Of a stretch of DNA of 64,000 bases, positions 27,127 to 36,640 are shown piece after piece. The notes beneath the pieces are model-generated. The model ran no database searches and was not told where the DNA came from. It saw only the letters and a list, made by a program, of their open reading frames with translations. Both the position numbers and the translations under genes were made by a program. The stretch spans positions 20,121 to 84,120 of the forward strand of contig CALRHH010000001.1 of NCBI GenBank assembly GCA_943359395.1, given 5' to 3'. How positions within the stretch are numbered: position 1 is the first letter of the stretch; each line of letters begins with the position of its first letter. The stretch comes from Candidatus Nomurabacteria bacterium. GTDB lineage: Bacteria > Patescibacteriota > Minisyncoccia > Phycocordibacterales > UBA2100.

Positions 27127-27270
27127 CATTGCCATCCGTTTACGAGTAGTATGAAAAGCTTGTCGCGTTTATGATCGCGTAACAATAGACAGTACGCGAC
27201 ACGATTCTGCGGAATCGAATACGCGCGTGCGAATCAGTAGATTCAAAACTTCGTAATTTTACAAAATCAC

Positions 27271-28350
27271 ATGAAAAACTACTACGACATACTTGGAATT
27301 ACGAAGTCTGCAAGTGACGAGGACATTAAAAAAGCCTTCAGGAAACTTGCGCACAAATATCACCCGGACAAAAAAGGTGGTGACGAAGCGAAGTTCAAAG
27401 AAGTCAGCGAGGCGTACTCGGTCCTTTCCGACAAAAAGAAACGCGCCGAGTACGATACGTACGGCAAGGCATTCGCTGGGGGTGGTGGTCCGCAAGGAGG
27501 AGCAGCGGGCGGATTCGGCGGCTTTGATTTTTCAAATTTCCAAGGATTTAGCGGGCAGGGCGGCGGTGTGGAATTCGACCTCGGCGACATCTTTGGCGAC
27601 GTTTTCGGAGGCGGACAATCCCGTGCAAAGCGTGGCCGGGACATTTCAATAGATATCGAACTTTCTTTCCGTGAATCTATATTCGGAACCGAGCGCCGGG
27701 TACTTCTTTCTAAAACGAGTGGGTGCGATACGTGCGACGGTTCGGGCGCAAAGAAAGGTTCGAAACTCATTACCTGCTCAAGTTGCAACGGAAAAGGGGA
27801 TATCCGGGAATCCCGCAGCACATTCTTTGGGACATTCACCTCCGCACGCCCTTGCCCGCGCTGCCACGGGCGTGGACAGATACCTGAGACAGTTTGCGAA
27901 GCGTGCCGCGGCGAAGGTGTACGTAAGCGTCAGGAAGAAATCCACATTGTGGTACCCGCGGGTGTTGAAGATGGGGAGATGATACGTATGCCGGGCCGCG
28001 GCGAGGCGGTACAGGGCGGTGGAGCTGGCGACCTCTATGTGAAATTGCACATCAAGGCCGACGCCAAGTTCTCCCGGGAAGGTACTAACCTCCTCACATC
28101 GCTTCCAATAAAGCTCTCTGATGCTCTGCTAGGCGGCGAACACCACGTAACCACGCTCGACGGCGAAGAGGCGGTCAATGTCACTCCCGGTATCACACAC
28201 GGCGAAGTTATTCGCGTGCGGGGCAAGGGCGTACCACACGGACGAGGAGCCCGCGGTGACCTCTTGGTGCGTGTGGATATCCAGTTCCCCAAGAAACTTT
28301 CAAAGAGTTCGCGTGAATTAATCGAAAAGTTGCGAAAAGAGGGCTTGTAA
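27271..28350 (+). CDS. dnaJ: molecular chaperone DnaJ
   Basis: J-domain with HPD (YHPDKK), a Gly/Phe-rich region, four CxxCxGxG zinc-finger repeats and the C-terminal peptide-binding domains. Confidence 0.95.
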   Translation: MKNYYDILGITKSASDEDIKKAFRKLAHKYHPDKKGGDEAKFKEVSEAYSVLSDKKKRAEYDTYGKAFAGGGGPQGGAAGGFGGFDFSNFQGFSGQGGGVEFDLGDIFGDVFGGGQSRAKRGRDISIDIELSFRESIFGTERRVLLSKTSGCDTCDGSGAKKGSKLITCSSCNGKGDIRESRSTFFGTFTSARPCPRCHGRGQIPETVCEACRGEGVRKRQEEIHIVVPAGVEDGEMIRMPGRGEAVQGGGAGDLYVKLHIKADAKFSREGTNLLTSLPIKLSDALLGGEHHVTTLDGEEAVNVTPGITHGEVIRVRGKGVPHGRGARGDLLVRVDIQFPKKLSKSSRELIEKLRKEGL

Positions 28351-28375
28351 CGTAAGACGGACTCACAGGTTCTGC

Positions 28376-28828
28376 TTGCCAACCAAGACAGTGCGGAGTA
28401 CCCTTAATCGCATGATTGAGACTCGAGACTTACTTAGTCCTTTTTTCCGCGTGAGTTACATACCCCACTACTATGGGGACTATGTGCGTCAACTTTTTCT
28501 TGCCTCAGCGATACTCTCTGCAGTAGCAATTCCTATATGGGGCGACCTCATACCGTTTGGGACACTCTTTCAAATAACGTGTTCCGTTGTGCTTGTGGTG
28601 CTTGCAGGTCTCATGAATCCGCGCAGCAAGCTCCTCATGCTGAGCTGCATCATCTTTTCGACACTCGGAATACTAGTGCTTGAAAATGCCGCAATCTCTC
28701 TTTACTCTGTGCAGTCGTTTGCGCTATTCGTAGTGCGCGAGATAACGACTCTTTTGCTCGTCTTTGCCCTGTACTTCAGTGTAAAGACGTTCCGTGCGAT
28801 GTCTCTGGAAATCATAGGGAAGGTGTAA
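28376..28828 (+). CDS. hypothetical integral membrane protein (about 4 TM helices)
   Basis: Hydrophobic helices throughout with no known domain. The start is uncertain; an internal ATG at 28412 is possible. Confidence 0.4.
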   Translation: MPTKTVRSTLNRMIETRDLLSPFFRVSYIPHYYGDYVRQLFLASAILSAVAIPIWGDLIPFGTLFQITCSVVLVVLAGLMNPRSKLLMLSCIIFSTLGILVLENAAISLYSVQSFALFVVREITTLLLVFALYFSVKTFRAMSLEIIGKV

Positions 28829-28838
28829 GTCCTTTTAT

Positions 28839-29327
28839 ATGGATGTATCGTCCCTCTCCTTATTTTTTAGCCAATGGCCGACCGACTGGATACTTATCGG
28901 TGCTTTTGCCTCATTCGCCGCATTTGATGCAATGCGCTCGGGACCAGCGCGCGCAGCCGCTCTTGTTCTCAGTTTGCCCGCGGCGCTCCTTTTCATGGAA
29001 AAGTTACCTTCAGCATTGTTTCTCGGACCGCTAGCGGCGCAGTTTACAACTCCCCTTGACCAGCTCGCCACGTTTACCGCTCTCACCGCGGCACTCTATT
29101 TCGTTATACATAGGCTCATCTCCAAATATTCCAATGGGCTGGAGCCGATTCAGGCACTTCTCGCAGGACTCGCAGCCACTGCTGTACTCGTCGTCGTCTG
29201 GCTTCAAGTACCGAGCCTCGATGTCGTATGGGTTTTCGGCGACCAAGTACAAGCAGCCTTTGGTGCTGGATACCGTTTTTGGTGGCTCGTAGGTTCCTTC
29301 ATTGCCCTCGCCTCGGTCCGCAGTTGA
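28839..29327 (+). CDS. hypothetical integral membrane protein (about 5 TM helices)
   Basis: Repeated hydrophobic segments (LIGAFASFAAF, LAGLAATAVLVVVWL) with no known domain. Confidence 0.4.
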   Translation: MDVSSLSLFFSQWPTDWILIGAFASFAAFDAMRSGPARAAALVLSLPAALLFMEKLPSALFLGPLAAQFTTPLDQLATFTALTAALYFVIHRLISKYSNGLEPIQALLAGLAATAVLVVVWLQVPSLDVVWVFGDQVQAAFGAGYRFWWLVGSFIALASVRS

Positions 29328-29349
29328 GTCCCCGAGGTATACTTTAAGA

Positions 29350-29919
29350 ATGTTCAGGTGGATAGACGGAGTGCGGTCGTGGTTTCTCAGACACAAACAA
29401 CGTATCGGCACCGTCGTCGTTGGGCACACAGCAAAACGCATTGAGGAATATCTTTTTGACTGGCTTCTTTACGGAGCCGTGGTGTATCAATCAACCGCTC
29501 TCTGGGGGGTTGTATATGGCTCGCTCGCGAGCTTTCTCATCATGGCCCCCCTCTCCGCCCTTTTCTGTTGGACATATATCCGTCTCTACGATTGGGCCAA
29601 AATTGATTGGTTTGGATTCGAAGCACTTAAAGAGTTGCATGAGGTTGAGACACTTGGTTGGTTCGGCCGTCTGTTTCGAATGGTCGTACGCCTCGGTGAT
29701 GTCCCTGTTTTCGTTCTCCTCTCACTGCATAGCGACCCCTTCATGGTAACGGTATATTTTCGAAAAAAAGAAAATCAACACACGGGATTAACCGCTCGCG
29801 ATTGGAAGATATTCTGGGCCAGCGTATTTTTTTCAAACGCTTATTGGACACTTCGATGGACGTTCATACTCGTCGTGTTCAAAGTCATCTGGAGCTGGCT
29901 CATGCGCTCGTTCGCTTAA
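29350..29919 (+). CDS. hypothetical integral membrane protein
   Basis: Four predicted TM helices with no known domain. The six-frame ORF starts at 29302, overlapping the previous gene; the ATG at 29350 is preferred. Confidence 0.4.
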   Translation: MFRWIDGVRSWFLRHKQRIGTVVVGHTAKRIEEYLFDWLLYGAVVYQSTALWGVVYGSLASFLIMAPLSALFCWTYIRLYDWAKIDWFGFEALKELHEVETLGWFGRLFRMVVRLGDVPVFVLLSLHSDPFMVTVYFRKKENQHTGLTARDWKIFWASVFFSNAYWTLRWTFILVVFKVIWSWLMRSFA

Positions 29920-29977
29920 CCTATCTTCAGAGCCAGCTTAATCATCGTAGACATTAAAATGGCGTATACTATAGACC

Positions 29978-30352
29978 ATGGACGGACTAGTGGAGCCCTT
30001 GGCAAAAAAAGGTGGTTTTCCTCTCTATGAAATCTTACTCGTTGCAGTCGGCTTAGCTGTCGCCGCAAGTCTATACACGTACCTCTACGCCGAACGCTAC
30101 GACTTCGTCATTGAGGCGCCGTGTGACTCTACGCTTCAGCAGTGCTACACGCGCGATTGTTCAACGGGGGATTGCCCTCCCAACGAACTGTCGGAATACC
30201 GCGTGCTTCAGGTCTCAGCAAAGACATTTGATACCTGTACTGACAACGGATGTTCAAATATTTGCACAGCGCAAAATCCTGCCTGTATAGAAACTTTTTG
30301 CTCCTTAGAAGACGGGGAGGAGTGCGTGGGCCTCTCGAGTTCTAATGAATAG
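29978..30352 (+). CDS. small signal-anchored cysteine-rich protein (124 aa, 12 Cys in the extracytoplasmic part)
   Basis: TM anchor (LYEILLVAVGLAVAASLYTYLY) followed by a Cys-rich domain (CDSTLQQCYTRDCSTGDCPP...CTDNGCSNICTAQNPACIETFCS). A TATACT -10 box lies 8 nt upstream of the ATG. Confidence 0.5.
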   Translation: MDGLVEPLAKKGGFPLYEILLVAVGLAVAASLYTYLYAERYDFVIEAPCDSTLQQCYTRDCSTGDCPPNELSEYRVLQVSAKTFDTCTDNGCSNICTAQNPACIETFCSLEDGEECVGLSSSNE

Positions 30353-31211
30353 CAATACTATGCCTCTACCTCCCGCACCCATCGGGTCGACCCGAATCCA
30401 TAGAGTAATGCCTTCGGTCAAAGCCACTGAGGACGTGTTTACCCCGCAAGACGAGGCACGGCGAGAGCTCAAGAGACGGAGGAAGGATGCAGATTTGCAA
30501 GCCGAAGTGCGGGAGTTTATAGACACTAAGGCAAAAAAGGTTCTTGAGAAGTGTGAGGTGCCACGTGCTGTTATGTTTCGGCAACTAGCTAGCCCGACGC
30601 ATGAGCTCCTGCGTTTCCTACGTATTGCAAAGCATATGCACCTTACCCCGCTCCTCTTCGAATATCATGGAGACAAATTTGTCAGCGCAAACAACTCGTA
30701 CAAGCGCGCTCTTGGAAAAATGCCAATATACCAACACACTGGGATTGACGGGCGAGACATCGTCCGCTACAAGAATATCATCGACTTCAACACCTCTGCA
30801 GGAAAACCCCTTGACACCATACGATGCAGAGACGGGCAGTCGCTCATCGGTTTTCACCACAAGCTCCTTAAAAAAATGGCGCGTCTTAATGTCGAAGCGC
30901 ACTCTGTAGACGCCACCCCTTGGTTTAGAGGCATCGGAGGGAACGCCATCGGATACTACGAACAATTCTTAAGCCTTTTCATCAGAGATGGGATTCTCTT
31001 CGAACAATTTGAGCCCACAAAGTCGGAACAACGTTTTACCCGTGAAGTTGTTATGCCTGCATTTAAGCGAGTGTTGACTCGGTTCAAGCTCCGCCCACTC
31101 ATTGTGCGCGTTGTTCCAAAAAATAAAGAAGGGTTAAGTTTCTGGGATTCATACCCAACTCGTATTGAAAAATTCCTTGAAGAATCGAAACGGAGGAGGG
31201 ATACTACATGA
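30345..31211 (+). CDS. hypothetical cytoplasmic protein (288 aa)
   Basis: No recognisable domain. Its start overlaps the preceding gene and its stop overlaps the histidine-kinase start (ATGA), suggesting co-transcription. Confidence 0.45.
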   Translation: MNSNTMPLPPAPIGSTRIHRVMPSVKATEDVFTPQDEARRELKRRRKDADLQAEVREFIDTKAKKVLEKCEVPRAVMFRQLASPTHELLRFLRIAKHMHLTPLLFEYHGDKFVSANNSYKRALGKMPIYQHTGIDGRDIVRYKNIIDFNTSAGKPLDTIRCRDGQSLIGFHHKLLKKMARLNVEAHSVDATPWFRGIGGNAIGYYEQFLSLFIRDGILFEQFEPTKSEQRFTREVVMPAFKRVLTRFKLRPLIVRVVPKNKEGLSFWDSYPTRIEKFLEESKRRRDTT

Positions 31212-32824
31212 GTATGGACGTGAACACTTGTTTTGCAACGACAGCAAGCATACGCGACCTTGCGCTGTACGCACACCTGATACCAGCCTCGGCAGTTATC
31301 CTCCTCTCAGTATTTGTACTTTGGAAAGCCGTCAATCGTTTCAAAGCGTGGACCTTCGCGAGTTTTTGTGCCACCTTTGCACTCTGGCTTTTTTCCGACC
31401 TCGTCTTGTGGACATCAAACAACTACCATCTCGTTGCCGCGCTCTGGGCTCCCATAGACTTTGTTGAAATAGTGTTTTTTCTTCTTCTTCTTGAATTCGT
31501 CTGTATCGACCTCTTCCCGGAGGGGCGTCCGAGGTGGGTATCATCATTCATTCTCATCTCTGCGGCTATACCACTCGCCATTACCTTGTTGGGTCAATCG
31601 GTGCATGGACTCAATCACGCAGTGTGCGAGATGATCAACAACGACTTCATCCAGACGTATAAACTCTCTCTTGAAATGTTTGTACTCGGCGTGATACTCT
31701 ATTTCGGCACTCAAAGAATACTCACGCAGCACGATAGGCAAGAGCGTACTCGCATCGCGCTCGTAGTCGCAGCAGTAGTGCTGTTCTTGGGTATATTTGC
31801 AGGAAGTGAATTTTATGCGAGCTACACCTACATATACGAGGTTGAGCTCTACTCCTTCTTCACTCTTCCAATTTTCGTTCTCCTCCTTACCATCGCCGTC
31901 ACAAGCTACGGCACCTTCAAACTTGGCGACGCGGCAGTGAAAACACTCTTCTACATCTTCCTCCTCCTCGCCGCCACTCAATTCTTCTTCGTGCAAACTG
32001 TTACAGACTTCCTTCTCGCGGGTATGAGCTTCACTGTTGTTCTTACACTCGGTATCATGCTTTTCAGACTTTCCGAAAGGGAAATAACGCAGCTACACCT
32101 TATCGAAATACAAGAACAGGAGCTCGAAGTTATCAACGCACAGCAGATAAACCTCCTTCACTTCATCAGTCACGAGATTAAGGGCTACCTAACCAAAAGC
32201 GAGGCGGGATTCGCCGCCATCACGGAAGGGGACTACGGGGTAGTACCGGAGCAATTGAAGACAATGGCGAGGTCGGCACTGGCAGACGTGCGCAAGGGCG
32301 TCTCCACCGTCATGGACATACTCTCCGCCTCAAACCTTAAGAAAGGTACCGTCACCTTCAAAAAAGTGGCGTTTGATTTCCGTCTCGCTGTCGAGACCAT
32401 TGTCAAAGAACAACGAGTGCCCGCACGCGAGAAGAACCTTACGATTGACGTGCAGATGGCCGAAGGGAAATACCGCATGGAAGGTGACGAAGAAAAAATC
32501 CGCGAGCACGTGATACGCAATCTCATCGACAACGCTATCCGGTACACTCCCACGGGAGCCATCCACGTCCAGTTATCCGATGGCGACGGCAAGATTCATT
32601 TCTCCGTCAAAGACAGCGGCGTCGGTATCACACCTGAAGACATGGGCCACCTTTTCACCGAAGGCGGACATGGTAAGGATTCCATCAAGGTCAACGTGCA
32701 TTCCACGGGCTACGGCCTCTTCATCGCAAAAGAAGTCGTCGAGGCCGAGGGCGGGAAGATTTGGGCGGAATCAGAAGGCGCAGGCAAAGGCTCGCGGTTC
32801 ATAGTCGAGTTGCCCGCTTTATAG
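31208..32824 (+). CDS. sensor histidine kinase with an N-terminal 7-TM sensor region (orphan; no response regulator in the window)
   Basis: About 7 predicted TM helices, then HisKA (LHFISHEIKGYL with the phospho-accepting His) and HATPase_c N, G1 and G2 boxes (NLIDNAIRYT, DSGVGI, GYGLFIAKE). Confidence 0.85.
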   Translation: MSMDVNTCFATTASIRDLALYAHLIPASAVILLSVFVLWKAVNRFKAWTFASFCATFALWLFSDLVLWTSNNYHLVAALWAPIDFVEIVFFLLLLEFVCIDLFPEGRPRWVSSFILISAAIPLAITLLGQSVHGLNHAVCEMINNDFIQTYKLSLEMFVLGVILYFGTQRILTQHDRQERTRIALVVAAVVLFLGIFAGSEFYASYTYIYEVELYSFFTLPIFVLLLTIAVTSYGTFKLGDAAVKTLFYIFLLLAATQFFFVQTVTDFLLAGMSFTVVLTLGIMLFRLSEREITQLHLIEIQEQELEVINAQQINLLHFISHEIKGYLTKSEAGFAAITEGDYGVVPEQLKTMARSALADVRKGVSTVMDILSASNLKKGTVTFKKVAFDFRLAVETIVKEQRVPAREKNLTIDVQMAEGKYRMEGDEEKIREHVIRNLIDNAIRYTPTGAIHVQLSDGDGKIHFSVKDSGVGITPEDMGHLFTEGGHGKDSIKVNVHSTGYGLFIAKEVVEAEGGKIWAESEGAGKGSRFIVELPAL

Positions 32825-32838
32825 TGCTCCGCAGGAGA

Positions 32839-33930
32839 CTATATATCCAGATACCCCTTCTTGAAGGCTAGTTCTGCATTCAAAATCCCTCCTCCCGCAG
32901 CGCCGCGGACAGTATTGTGCGAGAGTGCGACAAAGCGATAGTCGAGCACGGGGCATTCGCGTAGACGCCCGGCAATAACGGCCATTCCCTTGTCGGTGTC
33001 GCGGTCGCGCTTGGGCTGCGGCCGGTCGTCCTCATTACGATAGTGGATGGGCTGTTTCGGTGCGAACGGCAAGTCGAGCTTCTGCGGCTCTCCGCGAAAC
33101 GACTTCCAGATATTGAGAATTGTGTCACGCCGCGGTTTCTTCTTGCCGAATTCAAGCGAGATGATAGCTGTGTGACCGTCGGAAACCGGTACCCGTGTGC
33201 ATGTCGCGGAGATGTTGATACCCTCCCAAGGAATAATCTGGCCACCCTTTACGTGCCCCAATATCTTGTAGGGCTCGGATTGTGTTTTCTCCTCTTCGCC
33301 TCCAATGTATGGAATGACATTGTCGATGACGTCCCAGCTCGATACGCCAGGGTATCCCGCGCCTGAAACAGCCTGCATCGTAGTCACGACAATGCGCTTG
33401 ATATCGTAGCCTTTTTGTAACAATGCGTGGATGGGAGCGATATAGCTCTGGATACTGCAATTCGGCTTCACCACAATGAATCCTTTTTTCCAGCCACGCG
33501 CTTTTTGCTGTTGCGGGATGATGTCGAGATGGTGTGCATTTATCTCGGGAATAAGCATCGGTACGTCTTCTGTCCCGCGATGGGCGGACGCATTTGAGAA
33601 GACAGGTATGTCGGCGGCCGCATACACTTCTTCCAATTTTCGTATCATGTCTTTATCTGGCATTTCAAAGGCCGAAAAGACAAACGCACATTCCGCTTTT
33701 GCCCGCTCCACATCCGCGACATCCTGAACAACGAGCTTAGCGACGTCGGACGGTATTTCTCCTGCCACTATCCACCCGCTCCTGAGTGCGTCTTTATACT
33801 TCTTTCCCGCTGACTGCGGCGAAGCCGCGACGTACGCGACTCGGAACCACGGGTGATCCGCCAGCAGGTGAACATATTGCTGACCGACCATACCGGTCGC
33901 ACCCAATATTCCCACGGGGATTTCCTTCAT
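32839..33930 (-). CDS. asd: aspartate-semialdehyde dehydrogenase
   Basis: N-terminal NAD(P)-binding motif [12 protein letters not shown], a catalytic Cys region and the ASD dimerisation domain. It lies downstream of lysC on the same strand. Confidence 0.9.
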   Translation of the reverse strand: MKEIPVGILGATGMVGQQYVHLLADHPWFRVAYVAASPQSAGKKYKDALRSGWIVAGEIPSDVAKLVVQDVADVERAKAECAFVFSAFEMPDKDMIRKLEEVYAAADIPVFSNASAHRGTEDVPMLIPEINAHHLDIIPQQQKARGWKKGFIVVKPNCSIQSYIAPIHALLQKGYDIKRIVVTTMQAVSGAGYPGVSSWDVIDNVIPYIGGEEEKTQSEPYKILGHVKGGQIIPWEGINISATCTRVPVSDGHTAIISLEFGKKKPRRDTILNIWKSFRGEPQKLDLPFAPKQPIHYRNEDDRPQPKRDRDTDKGMAVIAGRLRECPVLDYRFVALSHNTVRGAAGGGILNAELAFKKGYLDI

Positions 33931-33939
33931 ATTGATACG

Positions 33940-35307
33940 TTACGCCTCAATGTACTCTTTGTGAAGGACTTTGAGTGCCTTTTCGGCGTCGCGTGTATTC
34001 ACAACAAACGTCATGCTTACTCCTGAAGAGGCCTGCGATATCATCTCCACGGCAATCTTGTTTTGCCCGAGTACCGTAAACATTCTTCCCGCGACGCCGG
34101 CCGCGTTCACGCCGCCTCCGACCGCACAAATGATGGCTTTGCCGCGGTCTACCGATACATCACCGAGTTCCCGCAAAGCCTTGGTAATCTTCGGAAGGTT
34201 CTTCTCGTCATCGATAGTGACCGATACGCTCGTTACCGATGTCGCAACGACGTCGATACTTGTTCGGTGTGCGTTGAATATCTCGAATATGCGTGCGATA
34301 AAACCACTTCCGTCGTAAAACTTGGGGGAATTGACATGTACCGCAATGACGGGGCTTTTGAACGTGAGCGCATCGACAGTGTGACTCTCTTTGCGGCGTT
34401 GCGCAAAATTCGGGACGATGGTCGTACCAGAATCATCTGGCTTGAACGTGTTGAGTACCTTAACGGGAATACTCTTGCGCATGGCCGGCAATATGGTTTT
34501 CGGATGGAGCACCTTCGCGCCGAAATACGCAAGCTCGCCGGCTTCCTCAAATGAAAGTTCTGGGACCACTTGTGCTTCCGGTACACGACGCGGATCGGCC
34601 GTCATGATGCCGGATACGTCCGTCCATATTTCGATTGCTTTTGCGCCCAACGCAGAGCCCACGATGGCTGCACTGTAATCGCTCCCGCCGCGACCAAGCG
34701 TCGTCGTCTTTCCGTCTGGAGTCGCGCCGATGAATCCTGTGACAATCTGTAAAGGGGTGTGCTTCTTGAAATGCGCGCGAATACTCTTCTCCGTGCTGAC
34801 AAAATCGACGGCGGCAGATTCAAATTGTTCGTCGGTTGTAATGACGCGTCGCGCATTCAGGTACTCACATCGCACGCGACGATGCAGAAGTGCTCCCGTA
34901 AGGATATGTCCCGACAGCCGTTCTCCGAAGCTCATGATATAGGCCATACCCGCAGGTGAAAGTTCTTGTAAACGATACGTCCCTTCCACAATGCTCTCTA
35001 GCTGACGGAAGAGATCATCGACTAACGCCAGCGTTTTTGCGCGATACCGAGAACCTACGAGCTCACGTGCGACCTCAATGTGCCGGCGCTCGAGATTCTT
35101 GAGAACTACCCTGTACTTTGGTTCTTTGGTACTTGCCAGCTTGGCGATTTTGATAAGGTCATTGGTAACTCCAGACATCGCGGAAACGATGATTGCTACA
35201 ATCCGCGCGTCTTGTCGAGGTCTCTTGATAATAGCAATGACTTTTTGTATCGCGTCCGCCGACCCCATGGACGTTCCGCCGAATTTCAGTACTTTTATCC
35301 GTTTCAT
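33940..35307 (-). CDS. lysC: aspartate kinase
   Basis: VLKFGGTSMGSADAI, which is the amino-acid kinase family N-terminus, plus two C-terminal ACT domains. The six-frame ORF extends 3 codons further to 35316. Confidence 0.9.
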   Translation of the reverse strand: MKRIKVLKFGGTSMGSADAIQKVIAIIKRPRQDARIVAIIVSAMSGVTNDLIKIAKLASTKEPKYRVVLKNLERRHIEVARELVGSRYRAKTLALVDDLFRQLESIVEGTYRLQELSPAGMAYIMSFGERLSGHILTGALLHRRVRCEYLNARRVITTDEQFESAAVDFVSTEKSIRAHFKKHTPLQIVTGFIGATPDGKTTTLGRGGSDYSAAIVGSALGAKAIEIWTDVSGIMTADPRRVPEAQVVPELSFEEAGELAYFGAKVLHPKTILPAMRKSIPVKVLNTFKPDDSGTTIVPNFAQRRKESHTVDALTFKSPVIAVHVNSPKFYDGSGFIARIFEIFNAHRTSIDVVATSVTSVSVTIDDEKNLPKITKALRELGDVSVDRGKAIICAVGGGVNAAGVAGRMFTVLGQNKIAVEMISQASSGVSMTFVVNTRDAEKALKVLHKEYIEA

Positions 35308-35399
35308 TCGTCGCACGCTACCACACGCACATCAACACGTCAAAAATCGAAAGGTGTTCCGCCGGCCTTTTTTCAAGGTCTTTCGCACGCTCTATGATT

Positions 35400-35432
35400 T
35401 AAAAAAAATGCCCCGACATCACATCGGGGCGA
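35400..35432 (-). terminator. rho-independent terminator on the minus strand (GCCCCGA-tgtgatg-TCGGGGCA-TTTTTTTT) after the small minus-strand gene
   Basis: 7-bp GC stem plus an A8 run on the plus strand, which is U8 on the minus strand. It lies between ORF 35465-35731 and the lysC promoter region. Confidence 0.7.
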
Positions 35433-35464
35433 GGCTTGGGCCTCTATAATATGCCTCGCCCGAC

Positions 35465-35731
35465 TTAATTTGCGGTGAGGGTTTTTTTGGAAGTCGTCGA
35501 ATGCGATTCATCGACGAGTTCGGTAAGCAGCTCGATGACGGCGGTGGTGGAGTTGGTAAAGGACCCACCCCGCTGGCCATTTTCGAGGTCGATTCGATAC
35601 ATCGCTCCGGGCTTGCCCTTCGCGAATATCGCATCGAGTTCGCGGCGTACCTGCCGTAGGTACTCTCCCGCGTTTACGTCACTCGGAGGCAGGATTTTGA
35701 TGTTTCCTTCCTCCACGCGCAGATACTGCAT
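35465..35731 (-). CDS. hypothetical small protein (88 aa)
   Basis: No recognisable domain. Last gene of a three-gene minus-strand unit ending at the terminator above. Confidence 0.35.
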   Translation of the reverse strand: MQYLRVEEGNIKILPPSDVNAGEYLRQVRRELDAIFAKGKPGAMYRIDLENGQRGGSFTNSTTAVIELLTELVDESHSTTSKKTLTAN

Positions 35732-35753
35732 GGTCGTTCTCCCTTGATTGGGC

Positions 35754-35933
35754 CTATTCCCAGCGCAGAAACTGGATGTTTGGCCCGCCGCAACTGTGAC
35801 AGCTCGTGGGCTTAATCTCGCACACGAACTCCTTCCCGTTACACGGATGCGGGATGCATCCGTAAACCATCTTCGGCTTTGGTTTCGAGCCGTTGTCCGC
35901 CGCTTTCGCGACGTCAGGAGTGGTTATAAGCAT
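35754..35933 (-). CDS. hypothetical small Cys-rich protein (59 aa; MLITTPDVAKAADNGSKPKPKMVYGCIPHPCNGKEFVCEIKPTSCHSCGGPNIQFLRWE)
   Basis: Internal ATG of a longer six-frame ORF whose 5' part overlaps the upstream gene. A GGAGA Shine-Dalgarno lies 7 nt upstream. Five Cys sit in a zinc-ribbon-like spacing. Confidence 0.35.
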   Translation of the reverse strand: MLITTPDVAKAADNGSKPKPKMVYGCIPHPCNGKEFVCEIKPTSCHSCGGPNIQFLRWE

Positions 35934-36072
35934 GGCTTTCTCCCTATGGGGGTGCAGATGCTCACCTGAGCATTTCCCCCGAGGCAGTATGAACTTCCCA
36001 GATTCTGTATGCAAGCAAAAGCCCTCCACCCCTTGCCACGATATATGGGTTGGGGAGGAGGACTTAGCAACG

Positions 36073-36552
36073 CTACGGAACAAGGAAGACGCAGCCTTTA
36101 GCCCATGAGTGCGAGCGGCCGAAGGGGCCGGACTCGATGTGGAGTCCGCCCTGCGTCCATCCGGCATGAACGCCATAGAGCTTGCCTTCTACCAGTACAT
36201 AGCAGGTATACCAACGCGCGCGGTCAGCACGCGTAAGATGGTACCAGTACTGGCCGAAGGTGATGTTGACCTTATCCCGCCCACCGAGCTCGTCAACAAT
36301 TCCTGGTTGGTTGACGTAGCGCGAGCGTATAGGAAGGTCACAGCCTTCGATACCGAGCACGTGCTCGTAGAGAGTCGTTTCAAGCGTCGGCCCTTCGCGC
36401 GCATGTAGCACATGCTCGCGGAAGTGTTTGCCGGCCCAGACGATCATTACGCCGTCCACCATTTCACCGGGTCGGATAACAGTGTCTACGGTGAACGCAT
36501 CGAGCGGCGGGATATTCGCAGGCGTGCGATTATCAAGGAACATTTTGGTCAT
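36073..36552 (-). CDS. hypothetical protein (160 aa)
   Basis: No domain recognised. The six-frame ORF extends to 36618; the internal ATG (MTKMFLD) at 36552 is preferred. Confidence 0.45.
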   Translation of the reverse strand: MTKMFLDNRTPANIPPLDAFTVDTVIRPGEMVDGVMIVWAGKHFREHVLHAREGPTLETTLYEHVLGIEGCDLPIRSRYVNQPGIVDELGGRDKVNITFGQYWYHLTRADRARWYTCYVLVEGKLYGVHAGWTQGGLHIESGPFGRSHSWAKGCVFLVP

Positions 36553-36640
36553 GTCGAACCTCTCTGTTTCAGCTGCATTGAACCTGGATATATAAGCACA
36601 TACGCGACTGGCATGCAAAATACGTCAGCCGTGGGCTATA

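Noticed and set aside
35754-35933. The Cys-rich 59-aa peptide as a LysW-type amino-group carrier protein because of its C-terminal ...RWE.
   Set aside because: LysW has an N-terminal zinc ribbon and an acidic C-terminal tail ending EDWGE, and functions in the alpha-aminoadipate pathway with an ATP-grasp LysX. This peptide has the opposite domain order and no acidic tail, and this genome encodes the DAP route. I kept it only as a hypothetical small protein.
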